Below are positions 13,771 to 28,064 of a DNA stretch of 64,000 bases, piece by piece. Below the pieces are notes generated by a model that searched no databases, was not told the origin of the DNA, and was given only the letters and a program-made list of their open reading frames with translations. The position numbers and the translations under genes are program-made. The stretch lies in assembly GCF_963676685.1 (NCBI RefSeq), contig NC_092345.1:93930001-93994000 (forward strand). Reading direction: 5' to 3'. Within the stretch, counting starts at the first letter, position 1, and each line of letters begins with the position of its first letter. Source of the DNA: Mytilus edulis. Lineage: Eukaryota.

Positions 13771-16700
13771 ATTATTAACATAAGGCAGTCGTGGCGTTCC
13801 ATATAATACAATTTAGATAGTTGGTACTGTCCTTTGTAATACTAAATCCAAACTGCTCTATACTTGACATACATTTCTCTAAATGAGTGACAAATACAAT
13901 TAACAATAGAACAGACTGAAGTGTGTATCTTATTAGTTAGAAACAAGTCAAGACTTGTCTTGCCTTAAACCTTTAACAATAAAAACAATAAAAATATAAC
14001 CAAATCTTTAAGTGAAACAATCCAAATACAAAAAGAAATGTAAAGATTTTACACAAAATTATTAATGAAAATATCCTAGAAGTCTCAAAAATAAATTGTG
14101 TCTATTTTTTCACTGCGACACGAGAGACATTACTTGATGGGTCACAAATAGCCACTGTCTTTTTAAAAATCTTACAAATATGCCTTCTCATTTAATTATA
14201 TCAATCGGGTGTCAAATTTCAATCAAATATATGGATACTTGAACGGTTTTTTTTAAACTTATAAAAAAGAGATGTCGCTATGCGTCATTAACAGCAACGC
14301 ACCATAAATGGATCATAAGAATCTGGAGATCATCATATTTATTCAAATTTTCCATATAATATGGCAAGTTCGAAATCGCACCAAATCTAAAAAAAAAAGA
14401 GTAGATATATAAACATGTGGCTGGTGGATTCATCTTTTCAATCACGCAGGAGACCCTACATGCACATTGATTAGACTTATAAATTTAAACACATTGTTAA
14501 GATCAGAAAGGTTTTTTACATTACATGTATGTTTCATTAGGAGTCTATTACATTCCAAATTTATATTTCATTTTCCCCATAAAATAAAACTTTCATAATT
14601 GTTCGTGCTTACGTCACAAGGAATGCATTTATAGGAAAACAAACACAAACATCGATGTCAATCGTAAATTAATAGTAAATTAATAGTAGCATAAAAATGA
14701 ACTTATCAGAATCGAATGCATGTTTTTATAATTCTATATGTTTCTTCAATTCAAATTTGCTTCAGTCAATGCTTTTATATACTCCCCAATAACATAAGAA
14801 AAGAAGACCTCAAGTCTTAAAATACTTCCATCAAGGCCGGCGTATGAAAAACAGATTCTACAAAAATAAGGTACTCAATTTTTCAAGAATTTAATGAAAA
14901 CCTTTTTTATATACACATTTATATTTCTAGAACTCATAAAGATGGGGAATCATAACATTCGAAATTGCATTTCCTTGTTCACTTTCGCTTTAATCTAATG
15001 CGTATATTTTCTACGTGTGTTTGAATATACATATATATATATTCATACTTATATACATGTATGTTGTACTTACCAAGTTCAAGTTAAATAACAAAATGTT
15101 GATAAATCCTTGGTTATATAAACGTAAGTGTGGAAATCTGTATCAATTCCGCTTTTCTTGTTACCAGAGATAAAGAATGACCACTGTCTTATTTGTGTAT
15201 TTACGTTCTATATTTCATAATACATACGTGTATTAAATCTTATGTGTCATAAACATGGGGTCATGCATTTAGTTCCTGTTTCGGCTTTAACAACCATATC
15301 AACAACTTTATTTGGCGGTTTCTTTTGAATTGGACGGATTAAAAGTTGGCCTGTGTTTTTCGTTGACTCTTATGTAATCTATTATCACTCGATTCTTTTG
15401 CTCATATAGGTTAGTAAACTTTATTCTCTGTAATCCTAATATGGTGTGTGAAGAAACAGTTAATAGATTTGTTCAGTCCGACAAACACTGATGAACAGCA
15501 AAGAATTTGATCAGAACAACGTGTGATAAAGATTAAGCCACACACTTAATCTTTTCAGTTTTATCCAATATATATTTGTCTCTGTTCTACTTTTGTATGT
15601 CTCTGAATATTATATGTTCTAAATATCTATATTCCAATGTAATATGGTTTGCTGAGAAATAAAAATATCTAAAGTAAACGTTTTCATTTATTTGTGTAGC
15701 TTAAATGCAACCGATATTTCCCCTTCCTCCTTGTATCATTTTTATTTGGAAATGTTACAAAACAAGTTATATTTAATTCTCAATGCAAAGGCTGTACATT
15801 CTGAGTCATTCTGTAGAGTTTATCAGTTGAACATTCACAGATTCTGTTCAAGATGTACGGCTTATTCAACTAGCAGAGTCATTTTAGAAAGTTGATAAAA
15901 ACCTATTGTGGAATTGAGTGTTGAATTTATCAGTGCTTAAAAACAAGTATTACCTGGCAACAGATATTGCTATTCAATTGACGGAAACTTAAATAATACA
16001 TTGCAAATTTTAAGCTTTATGTAAAATTTTGTATTGAAGGACATACAGAGACAAAACAATGAATTATTTTTATATAAAAAATTATATTAAAAAACTGGAG
16101 GAATAAATACAAGCACAATTCAAACCATAAGTTGAGAAGGAAATCGTTGAAATAATGGACACGGAAAGGACAACTGACGAAAATACAAACAACAATTAAC
16201 TGGAATAGTGTTTTAGATATATAATAAATCCTTATCCTTCAAAGTTTTAGACAATCGTACACCACACCTATCTCAGTAAACTTTTTATAGAACACTAAAT
16301 TATAAATAGGAGTACTCACTAGTCGTTTAGCAACTATGGCTTTCATTTCCTCAGCAGAGCTGCAGGATTGTGAAAATAAACATGCACGGATTGGATGGTC
16401 ATTATATTTTACAATGCACATTCATAGATATTGATTTAGCTTTTAGACGAAATTTTCAATAACAATTTCATTAGTGTTTGTATTACGCTGTGTTTAGAGG
16501 CATTTCTGGTCATTTTTATTAACATCTATCTGTTTGAAATGAAACAGTATCAAAGCATGCTTTTTTTTCGAAAATAAGAACTGCACTAGCCAGAGGTCTC
16601 AGCCTGGTCGTACTCGGTAAAACTGACACAGTCAAACTCCATTCTAACTACTCAATTGAAGGAATTATTTATTCATCGTCGGGTTTTTAGTAAGAGTATG

Positions 16701-19539
16701 AAAATAATGTATCGATGCAGTCCAAAATCGCTGCTGACCGTGCAAGAGCTGTATAACCAATCAAGGTCGTTAAAAACTTCCATGGCATTTGTTGTCCAAA
16801 ATCGTCTGCACTTATTTTAAAAACGTATGACAGAATGAACGCTGTACTTTGATACATCATAATGATCTTCCAAAATACCTATCCAAACGAAAAAGTAACT
16901 CTAAATCAGTAATGATACGTAGCAACCCTAAAGACTTCATTACAAAGAGGTATTGCTGGAAGTATTCTACCTGCATATATTCATAGCATACTAATAAGAT
17001 CAATAGATAATTAATGAATTGCTTAATTGCTTAATTGCTTAAATTAAAAAGTAAATAGAATGACATAACCTAATAAAAAGGAATGATATGAATATACCTA
17101 ATCAATAATTATATCTGGGTTTAAAGGGAACATGTTTATGTGTTATTTAAAAGCCGATAATTGTTGGATAAATTTAAATCGTTCATACAATTCATTTGTA
17201 CAGTTTCAATTGAAATAATTTAAACTGAAAAACGTTACGGAGGATTAACTCTATGGACTGCGCATGGTTTTTGGTTACATTAAAGGCGTCCTTTCCTTAG
17301 CAACATGTCCGATTTCCGGTAGTTCTTTGAAATGTGAAAATGTAAAATTAGCCGTATAAACATATAATGTTTACAAATTTACTTAATATACAAAGGATAT
17401 AGTAATAGTGATTTAATTAACCGGTAAGTCATTTGTTTACTATATGCTTTCCACTTTGAGGAACGGTGATCTCTCTTTAACATCTGACTTGCAGTCTCTT
17501 TATAAAAGATGTTTAATACTATATGTTTTTTTTCTTCAATATGTTTCAGAATAAGTTATTCTGTTGCTCTTGTTGCACACAATGTATGCCTGAGTGTATT
17601 AATAAACTTGTCAAGCGTTAAAATATAGACTTTTTTTTATAATTCTATATCGATGTGAAAAACTATTTGGGGGGGGGGGGGGGGGGGGGGGCGGGTTTCG
17701 ATGGTATTTGTTGTCTTCTACTGTTACTGTTTTGGTATCTCCTGTATTATTTTTATATGTTACTAGTTTTAATTCTTCTGGCAAGTTAACATACAAGTAC
17801 TAGTAATTTAATGTAAACAAAATATTTACAATACACGTTTTATATACATTTTAATTGACACTTGTCGTTTAAATACCTTCTTTGGAAATTAGAAATATAA
17901 ATATCTCTCTGATACAATCTGTTTAACACCTCCTCCTCAATGCGAACAGTTATTTACAGTGTGATTTACGCGTGTAATATCAAACTTATATATAAAGTCA
18001 GAATTTAAAAATTGAAAAACTTTTTCACAAAAGTCCAGTAAGAAATTTACAAAAATACAATTCTTCATAACTCCTTCTCTGACATTCAAACATTGTAATG
18101 AATTTAACCAATGGAAATATATTTCATCAGTAGCAAGACACTGACGATACAGCCCCGCATATAGACAAAATTAATATGATTTTTATAGGGTGTAAATGAT
18201 AGCAACAAGATATTACTCTGCAGTGTTAATTTGGTTCAGATTGACATTTTATGCTCTAGCATTCGATTTTCTCCGTTCCACATATCAATTGGATATTCAC
18301 GTGAGATATTTATAAGCCTTAACAAATAGAGATATTTCTATTTTCGGCAGGTTGGAGACGATGTTTGGTGATTACGAAAACGCAGTAACCACATTGTTTG
18401 AGCTCCAAAAGGCCCTATTAAAGATACTTTACTTGAAACCCCGATATAAACTACTACCTATATTTGGTACATCAGTTTGTAAACACCTTAGACCGAATTT
18501 TTGTATCCCTATATTCGGAAGAAATTTCCTAATCTTCGTTTTTATTTTTATTCTTTAAAAATATTGCACACAAAAATATTAGAAACAGGTAAATAAAAAA
18601 AGGTAGATGAATAAAAGCCGGTCCATTTTTGTCTACCCTTTCACTATGTCTTTTTCAGAAACATTTTTATATGTCGTTAAACATAATCACTTTTATGCAA
18701 TATTTGTATGAAAGAAATGCCATATATATGTATACGTCATTTGCATTAAAAAGTCGGGAGGTACGGTTGTATTGAGAAATGACATTATCTACTAAAATTT
18801 AACAGCTAAATCTTATTAAAACATTTATGCATTAGGTAAATACTTAAGAATACCATAAAAGTCAAGGTATTTAAAATCAAACAAAAACTTAGGTATATAA
18901 ACCTCTATCTTGATACCAATTACTGTATATGGTTACTTAGTACGCTATGAACGTGACCGATCTTATATCAATAACACATTGATTTTTGTCTAAGGGAGGC
19001 TTTAAAAGCTAAAACCATTTTAAAACATAAATTTGTCGCCAAGTTTCATTAAGCTTTTTTATACCTAAAAATCGAAAATACATTTATCATTTATCAATTT
19101 AAACCAACCATTCTAAAGAAATGAAAAGCTTCGTGATAATTAATTGAATTTAAAAACCCTACATAAATATCACTATTACTTAAAGGTTGAAATGATTAAT
19201 CATCAATAGTTTTAATTACCAACCAAATGTATATGAAAATACCAAACAATCCAATAATTAACAATGGGTTGCAGTTTATTTTACGCACAAGGGTGGCTTA
19301 AGATAGGAAAACAGTCGTTGTTATGTAATAATTTCTTGTCGACTATGCCCTATCTTGAATATGGTCCATCCAGACTACGTTTAGAATAAACTGTTACACT
19401 AGTACTTCTCTTTCAGTGCAGTGTTAATAATTTTAGTATTTGGTCATGCACACAAGATCATACCTGCTTTTGAGCTTAAATCATATTATAAATTATTGAA
19501 TTATGTGTTTTCATTTTCAGAATATTATAAGGGTTCACT

Positions 19540-22500
19540 ATGAGTCAGTCAGATTGCCAGTCTAGAACTAGTCCAGAGAGACTCGGAAGTGCAGCGAGTT
19601 CGCTTGGAATTGTTCCATTTGGATTCCATTCTAAAACGCAATATGACGCAAACGAAACACTAATTCAAATACGAAGTGAAAACTATGAACCAAAAGAACC
19701 TATTAAAGACAATAATATATGGAAACGGCCACCTCCGGATTTTAGACCCCAAATATTTGCCCCTAAACCTCCAAAACGTAATTCTCGTGAATCTATGCAA
19801 CCTTGGAACTATGGAACAATACCAGGACAAAGAGAGATTATAAAACGTGAACGACAAAAAGTAATCCCCCACATTCTACTTCCAATAAAGGATGACATAA
19901 CACGATTTGTGACAACGGGGAGGATAATGAGACCATTTACAGCAAAGAAAAAGTTTGTGACAGAGGGAATGTACAACCCGGGACCGTTTGCAGATATAAC
20001 AGAACACGACTTTAGAGGGGTAGGTTTTATCAAATTCAGTATTTTTTGGCAATATATTTTGCCATTTTCTCACAAACTTGCTCAATGTGTTAATGTATAT
20101 GCCTAGAATAGGGATTTTTTGTTTCTTAGGGGTCTGGAAAACCATTTGTAGCAATATTTGATTTAACACCTGACGGGAGCATATGTTGGCAGCTTTATCT
20201 TAACCATTTAAACTATTTTGCAAAGTTTGTTTAGACTTTGGTTTTATATTTTGACTTGTTTTTGTGTGAATTGCTACATCTATAATCGTATTTATATTAG
20301 TCTTAGTGGAACAGTTTTCTTTTTTTCCTCACAATCTTATAATTGAAGGTTGTATCCTTGCTTTTGCGGAGGTGTAAGTATTTTCACTGAACTAGTACAC
20401 ATGTTTATTTAGGGGCCAGTTGTGGTCCACCTCTGGGTGCGGAATTTCTCGCTACGTTGAAGACTTTCGGCTATATTCTGCTCTTTGGTCAGGTTGTTGT
20501 CTCTTTGACATATTCCCCATTGTCATTCCCAAATTTTGTTACCAATGAGACGAAAACAAAACGACACAAACTAAACCAACCAAAGACATTCATAATCTGT
20601 AAAAGTAACTCTGCTTTCACTTTCACATCCACTAATGACAGAAACATTAACATACAAGTACTAAGAATGCTATATATAGTAGTATTATAACAAAACAATG
20701 TTGGTTCGATACATTTCTAATTTCAGCATCATGTTTTATTTCCTAAATTTTAACGATATAACATTTCTTATTTTTTTTTACTTCATTAATAATTTATGTA
20801 TTATTTAATTTTTTGCAGTATCCACCTCCGAAGAAACTTGGCCTGTCAGAATTTTTATCGAAATATGACAGAGATCCATACAACTTGAAATTCCATTCAG
20901 AAAGACTGGATATAAGTAAGCACTCGAGTTTCTCTATGTAATGTACCGATCAAACGCAGTTTACTATAACTGTTTCTGTCTAAATACACAAACGAACATA
21001 TAAATCTGAAACATGACAATTTTGACTTAGTTTAGACTACTTTTATTTTGAAGCATTTTCTTGTCTCTTATATATAGATTTCAAATATCATATTTAAATT
21101 TATAAAAAAATATGATTCAAAGAGCAAGTTAAAGTTGATAAAAAAAAACATGCTTTTTACTCCGTCTGAGTTGTGAATATGATTGCTAAGTAAATTTCAT
21201 TGTACCCCCCTTTTTATATATCGTATCTAATATTGTTATCTTAATACAAGTATGTAATACAATGTACATATTTTATGAAAATTTATTTCAAATGATTAAA
21301 AAAGATAATTCTCGTAGTCTCAATGCGATTTTTCCATTTTTCCGTTTTGTACTTTACTGAGATGACTTTATTTTGCATTTTACAGTTCACGGGGCACGCT
21401 TTGACAAAGCAACGGACAGAAATATCAAAGGTCAACAGATGGCTCCGCCTAAAACACCACAGCCTCCATTTGATTCTCAACTTATCCTGGATAGAGAAAA
21501 ATGGCCAATGAAACCTGGTGAATTTACAGTAAGTATTTGCAAAATGTGTTGTATTTATATGTATTTGCGTACGCGTCGAAAAATAGTGGAACAAGAAAGT
21601 GTTTCACTTTTTTCACGTTTATATACCAAAGATAGTATCTGTCACGTCATTGGTTATATATGAACCGCCTAAATCAAATATAACATGAAAACACTGAAAT
21701 ACCGTGATTTAAAAGAAAAGTACATTTTACATTTTAAGTAAAACATTAAACAAGTTGATATACTTAAGTAATAGAAATCAAGAATAGTTTAATGTCAAAC
21801 GGGACCTTCGGACACTGTTCGTACGTTATACTGCTTATATATTTGCTGTAAATTTACTGAGGTAATTTTAAAACGACAACGACTCATATCACACATTTCA
21901 AATTGTATGGAATAAAAACTGAAATACCACGAACTTGTTTATAGCAATACAGCTCTGAAAAGTTTTTAGTATGTGTTTTGAGGTGAGTTAAATTGTTAAT
22001 TTGATATGGTGTATAGTTGGCTTATTGTTTTTATTCATTTTGTTAAATAATTTTATGATATTCATCAATTTCAACATAGTTCTACATAATTTGTCCTTAT
22101 TGACCATTATGTCCGCATAGATCCCGTCCTGGTTTAATATCAAATTTGAAATATATATTTTTTTCATATTCATTAATTCCTGCGATGAATTCAACTGAGA
22201 AATGATGTATAAATGTTAATGTGTGGACAATAAAACAATAAGATAAGTTTACTGCTTGAACTTATAATACTTTGGACACCAGTTTAATAAATGGATGAAA
22301 TCCTTCTGCACCACAACACAGTGCGCCAATGCTTCTTTCTGACTATTAGTTTTCAAAATACCTACTGTCTTTTAAAACTTAAAAAAACTCCCGACAATAG
22401 CATTAACTAATGTTGTAAATATGGCTATTCAACTTTATTTTTTCAAGTTCTAGTGGTCAACGGGTAAAAGTATAAAGATTGATGGTAGTTAACTTTGATT

Positions 22501-23243
22501 AACATATTTATATACATTCAATGGGTATCATACAATCTATAACTTTTTATATAATACTTGGATAAAAGGTACGTTAATGAAATATAATCGTTAATATTAT
22601 ATATTCTGAATAACAAAAGCTTTGCTTAGTTGGTATTGGTTTATTTTTATTTTTATTTCTACATGTGATTCGGTTAGTTATAAGTATATGAAAGAAAGTC
22701 AGTATCTTTGTCAATGTTATTTCAAAGAAAATCGCCAATGAGACAACTTTCCGCCAGTGACCGAAACACATAGAAGTTAACAACTATATATTTATGGTAC
22801 GGCCTTCATAAATGAGCAAAACCATGCCGCATAGTCAGCTATAAATTAAAGGACCCATATAACATATTTCGTGTGCATGTTACATGGCATAATGTCTTGG
22901 TCTGTCTTACAATCCTTAATTTGCAATCTGTTAACAACTTTCTTCTAGATACGAAACCGTACTGTGATCAACAACACCGTTAACTTGCCATGGTGTTTGA
23001 TGATTAATAGAATACTCTGTTCGACAATAACAGTTTCGTTATCATGATACCAACAGCCCATTTAATTAACATCCAAATGTTTATTTTAAATCTTTTTAAT
23101 AAATTTCTATTACAATTTTCCAGCGTTTTCGATTACGTCATAGACCCGCCAAAAGTGCTTTCATGGAAAGAGTATCTAACACACTGGAATCTAGATGGGC
23201 TAAAGAGAAAATGGAAGAAACTCTGGCTACTGTATCAAGCTGA
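19540..23243 (+). CDS. C7orf78-like uncharacterized protein, 279 aa, 4 coding exons
   Basis: Exons 19540-20019, 20819-20915, 21386-21528 and 23124-23243, all GT-AG, continuous frame (840 nt). Motifs IWKRPPPDF, RFVTT...AKKKFVTEGMY..G.F....HDFRGYPP..LGLSEF...Y.RDPYNLKF resemble, from memory, vertebrate C7orf78. Acceptor at 19519-19520; candidate UTR-exon donor CG|GTAAGT near 17424. Confidence 0.8.
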
Positions 23244-26200
23244 TAAAGGATATTCCTAGTGGCCATTGATTTGTATGGTTGGGAATCATGATACATCGAA
23301 AGACATTTCTCCCATATAGTGTACCCTGCAAACAAACGCAGACACGAAATATTTCGATCAATTTCGGGGTTAGGTTTTTTTATTTATGAATCTCACTCGG
23401 CTTTGTTCCCATAACTCAAAGCAGTTTTCTATAATCAGCTTTTTGCAAACGCACGACATGGTATGTGATTTTTGAAATATCGATAATTGGAATGAGACTA
23501 TCATTGTGTCCTTTTATTTAGTTACTGTGCACTTGCTTTTTTTCTTTTTGCAACTTTAAGATGTAAAGTTACATTTGTACGTAGTTTATCTCCGTACATC
23601 TACTACTTCTATTATTCATACCTTTTTTTTTTAATACACAGATTCAAAATGTTAAATACATAATTTTTGTGAATGGTTAAATAACGAGTAAAGTCAAGTA
23701 ACATTACTTTTTATGAAAGTTCTTTTATAATCAGCACTTTGTTTTGTTATATTTCGACGTTTATTTTTTAGTATTATAGTATCAAATGAAACGCTTGCTC
23801 ATAAATATAATGAATATACTCAGTGCCAATATTTGTATTTCAGTAACGTTGTGATGTGGTTGTCTTTAGGGTAAACATTCTATATCATCTGTATGATATT
23901 TTTCTTGTTTGTTTTGTATATTTATTGATTGTTTGTATATGTTAAATCTGTTTATTTCAATATTAAAATCTCTGTTTATGTTTTTACATGTATGTTTGGT
24001 ATATGTTTAGACTCTTTCTCTAGCAGAAGAAATTTAGAAAAAGAATGCGAACTCTTACATTCTAGTTAGTTCAAAGGGTTAAAAAGTGTCAAAAAATACC
24101 TTGTATTGAGACCAAATGTCCATAATAACACCAGATCAACAGTAAAAAATATCTCTTTAATGTCTATTCATACTTGAATTATACTGAACAAAAACAATGT
24201 CCAGCAGATTGTATTTACACAACTCACATCTAATGTGCAATGGATGATATGTAACAAACAACGAACAGAGGGATGGCGTTTTAAAATTTAAATTTGACTT
24301 GTTTTTTCCCCTCTTAATACGTCTAACCTTGAGTCGGATACAGCATAAAATTTATTGAATATGTGATATTGATGAGTTTCTGTCACAATATTGAAATTTT
24401 TCGATTTTCGATTTTTAATATGCTTCAACTTCGTATTCCAACTAGCGACACTTATTGGTAGACGAAACGCGTTTCTATAAGCCTTAGATCTTTGAAGAGT
24501 TTTTACAATTATAGATTTATAATATTTATTTGTTCCTGGTTCATATCTCGTTTTAAACATCACATTTAAAATATTTAGTCAAGAAATAAAAAGACCAATC
24601 TAGCAGCGAAAGCAATATTGATCAAAGGACACAAATAGAATTGTACATCATTTGATGTTTATGTTCCAATGTCCCTATATATAATATAGGCCAGGACCAT
24701 AGCGTATGTCGACCTTTTGTATTTTCATCTTGCCCGAAAAAGGCAATAGTAGTATACCGCTGTTAAATAGTCATAGATCGACTTACTTGATACAAATAAG
24801 GGTAAAAAAACCGAGGGAAACACATCAACTATAAGAGGAAAACAACGGAACAACAGAAACACTGAACTGCTACAAAAACAAACACCAACATAGATAGAAA
24901 CGAATTATTTGATTACAACTGCCATATTCCTGACTTGGTACAGACTATTTCAAGAACAAATAGTAATTTAAACATGGTGTTATGGCTATCCATCCTCCTT
25001 CTTATATGGCAATGTTAAAAATACCGCTAAAATGGCAACATTACGTGACAGGAATACAGAACACATAAATGCAAGAACACTCAGGATAGAGAAATATACT
25101 AATACACAACATAATAGTACATTTCAACATGTAAACCACAGAATAACAAATGAACACCTAAAATTAATTTACGACAGTACACAAGTAAGACACAATATAA
25201 TTATAAACTTGAGAAACACAAATGTATCAACGCCACAAAAAGTGACGTCACAAGTAAATTTTCTAAAAAGGAATAGTAGTATAAAATTGGGATTACGTTT
25301 GTTATGGTGTTATTTGATTATTTTCTAACCATACTTTATATAGAAATGTGCTATTAATGGTGTAATTATTTGTATTTCTAACCATATCAATTTTTCGTCT
25401 AAATCAAACTGTGTTAAAATAAATAAGTCCTGTGCATATAGATGCTACAAACTAAAAATCTTATAAATGAATTAGCTGACTAGTTATCTTTACTTTTACA
25501 TAAATGTAGAAAATAAAAATAGAATTAAAACCACAAACGATAAGATATATCACAATATCCAACACAATTTACGAATGAAACATCATAACTAAATACACGA
25601 ACGTTGGATGTATAAATTCCTAGACACATCTAATAGCTATGCGCATTCACACTCGGCAATGCAAACTTCATATTCAGATCACGTTCTGTACTTGACAAAA
25701 TGCATGGTTTTCATTGTATATCGTATACTGTTTTTGGTGTTCAATTGAACAGTATTTGTCAGGACTGTAACATTATAGTCTGACCCTGTCTAACTTTACC
25801 ATTGTTATGGACCCTAATATACATAATGGCAAGTTCTTATAAAAAGCAAAATCACAAAAAATACTGAACTCCGAGGAAAATTCAAAACAGAAAGTCCCTA
25901 ATCAAATGACAAAATCCAAAGCTCAAACACATTAAACGAATGGATAACAACTGTCATAATCCTGACATAGTACAGGCATTTTCTTATGTAGAAAATGGGG
26001 GATAAGACCTGGTTTTATAGCTAGCTAAACCTCTCACTTGTACGAAAGAAGCATCAAAATCCACATCGGATCAGTCAAATGTGTACGATCCAAATACCTC
26101 ATCATTCTTAACATTTGTGCAATTTTACTATCATGAAAACTAAGAAAAATAAAAAAAATAATCCCTTTGTGATAACAGTGTTCTTACATTTTTTTGTAAA

Positions 26201-26328
26201 TTTAAGTTAATTTAGTTTGTAACACTTTGTAACAAGCGTGACAGTTAAATATAAGTTTTCTGACAATTTTACAATGTAATAAAATTTTGTGAAAAGGAAA
26301 AACCACAAAAATACTGAACTTCGAGGGA

Positions 26329-27683
26329 AAGGAGTAGGTTCAGTAGGACCCCAATTTGGCCCCAAAATATAGCAGTGTTGCAAAATTGTGAAAATGTAAT
26401 CTTTTCGCTATATATTGGAAAGTAGAATGCTTCTGGTACACAAAAATGGTCTGTTCTTGACAATACAATGCACATATATCGGGTACTAACATCATTAAGT
26501 CATGCTAAATTACTGAAATCTTCACAAATTTAGCATTTTGGTTAAATTTTAGACGGTTTCCGCCTTTAATGAAAGTGGCCGCATTCGTGTTCATTCTTAA
26601 TATTAAATTGTAAGTTGCATTTGATGATTATACATAACATATATAAAGGCTGAGGATGAACATGGATGCGACCACTTTCATTTTTGACAAAAACCATCTG
26701 AAAAGTGACGATTGTTTGCATATTTGATAAATTTTTCACATTTTAGCTTGAATCGGAGGGTTTTTAATGTCATAATCAGCTAAAATCTTTCAGATAAACT
26801 AATTGAATTAATTAAAATAGACACTTAAGGTAGATCATAAGTAAATCTTTTTTGAGACAGAATTTTCTTATACTTAGCCAGAATGAAGATTTTAATATGC
26901 TCTTTTCAAAAATATAATAAAAAGTAGGGGTCACCGTGCTATTTTTCAAGCTATGAGTCGTTGAAAATTGCCTAAATTTGGTTAGATTGTTAATGGAAAA
27001 ACACAATTGTGTGCATAAAAAATAATCTATGAGATAGAATTTTGAAATAAATTGTGAAAAAGACAGGTGTTGTAATATGTTTTAAGAAAATAAGAAGAAA
27101 AAATGGTGTCACCGAACTTGTTTTCTTGCTACAAGTAAAAAGAAAAAAATTCCCTATCTGTCCAGTATAAATTTTTTACTAAAAGAGTTATCTTCCCTTA
27201 AATAGCTCATTTGAAAAAAATGATTTAAAAAGCAAAATAAAATGATATTTGTTTAATTATTTTGAATTATACAATAAATTGCCAAGTTTTCTTTATATTA
27301 TTAAACTGTCTAACCATCAAATTGCAAATCTGTCTCCAAATTTGCAGATTTAGACAAATAACTAGACCGACTTTTTACTGTGATTGTTCAATCCAAGATG
27401 GCGGTATACCATGAATCTACCTTAAGTGTTTAAAAAGTGTCCAAAAATTTTCGTTAGATAAACCTGAAAGGAGTAAGTTCAGTAAGACCCCTTTTTGGCC
27501 CCAAAATATAGCAGTTTTACAAAATTGTGGTTTCCGTCTAAAATGAAAGTGGCCGCATTCGTGTTCATTCATAATATTGAAATGTAAGTTGTATTTGATC
27601 ATGATACAAAACGTGTATAAAGGTTGTCCCTTACCGGACCTACTCCTTTAACGCCAGAATCGGCCCTTACCGGACCTACTCCT
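26329..27683. mobile_element. Kolobok-like non-autonomous element with internal repeated unit, inserted in an older interspersed repeat
   Basis: aaggagtaggttcagtag.. at 26329, repeated near 27468. Right end cccttaccggacctactcct|TTAA occurs twice (~27628 and ~27664). Host repeat is split: aaaatactgaacttcgagg at 26300-26326 resumes as aaacggaaagtccctaatcaaat at ~27687 (uninterrupted copy at 25843-26065). Confidence 0.6.
26829..27421. mobile_element. Kolobok-like MITE (593 bp), TTAA TSD
   Basis: TTAA|GGTAGATCAT ... ATGAATCTACC|TTAA. Purine (GG) termini with a TTAA TSD fit Kolobok rather than piggyBac. Confidence 0.75.
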
Positions 27684-28064
27684 TTAAAACGGAAAGTCCC
27701 TAATCAAATATCAAAATCAAATGATAAAAAACATCAAACGAATGGACAACTGTCATATTCCTGACTTGGTACAGGTATTTTCAAATGTAGAAAATGGTGG
27801 ATTGAACCTGGTTTTACCGCGCTTAACCTCTCACTTGTATGACAGTCGCATCAAATTCCATTATATTTACAACGATGCGTGAAGAAATTGTCAAAATAGG
27901 GGTACAGCAGTCATCACCATGTCACAATCTCAATAAGAACCAAAAAAACAAAAAAATATTTAACAAAGAACCATACAAAAGCATAAATCAGATTTAACAA
28001 CCACGTTTATTGCTTACTTATTTTTGTATTTCAAAATCAAGTTGTGAATGTAATTACTTGTAAA

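Larger units (their letters stand above)
10675..13803. mobile_element. Non-autonomous IS3EU-like foldback DNA transposon (~3.1 kb)
   Basis: Termini TATGGAACGCCACGAC...GTCGTGGCGTTCCATA. Exact 6-bp flanking duplication TAATAC (10669-10674, 13804-13809). TIRs about 500 bp (to ~11180 and from ~13328). TAY..RTA ends with a 6-bp TSD are the described IS3EU signature. Confidence 0.8.

Noticed and set aside
17611-17796. Poly-Pro ORF from a long G run (another G run at ~1353-1368)
   Set aside because: Homopolymer tract without splice or homology support; its length may be a sequencing artefact.
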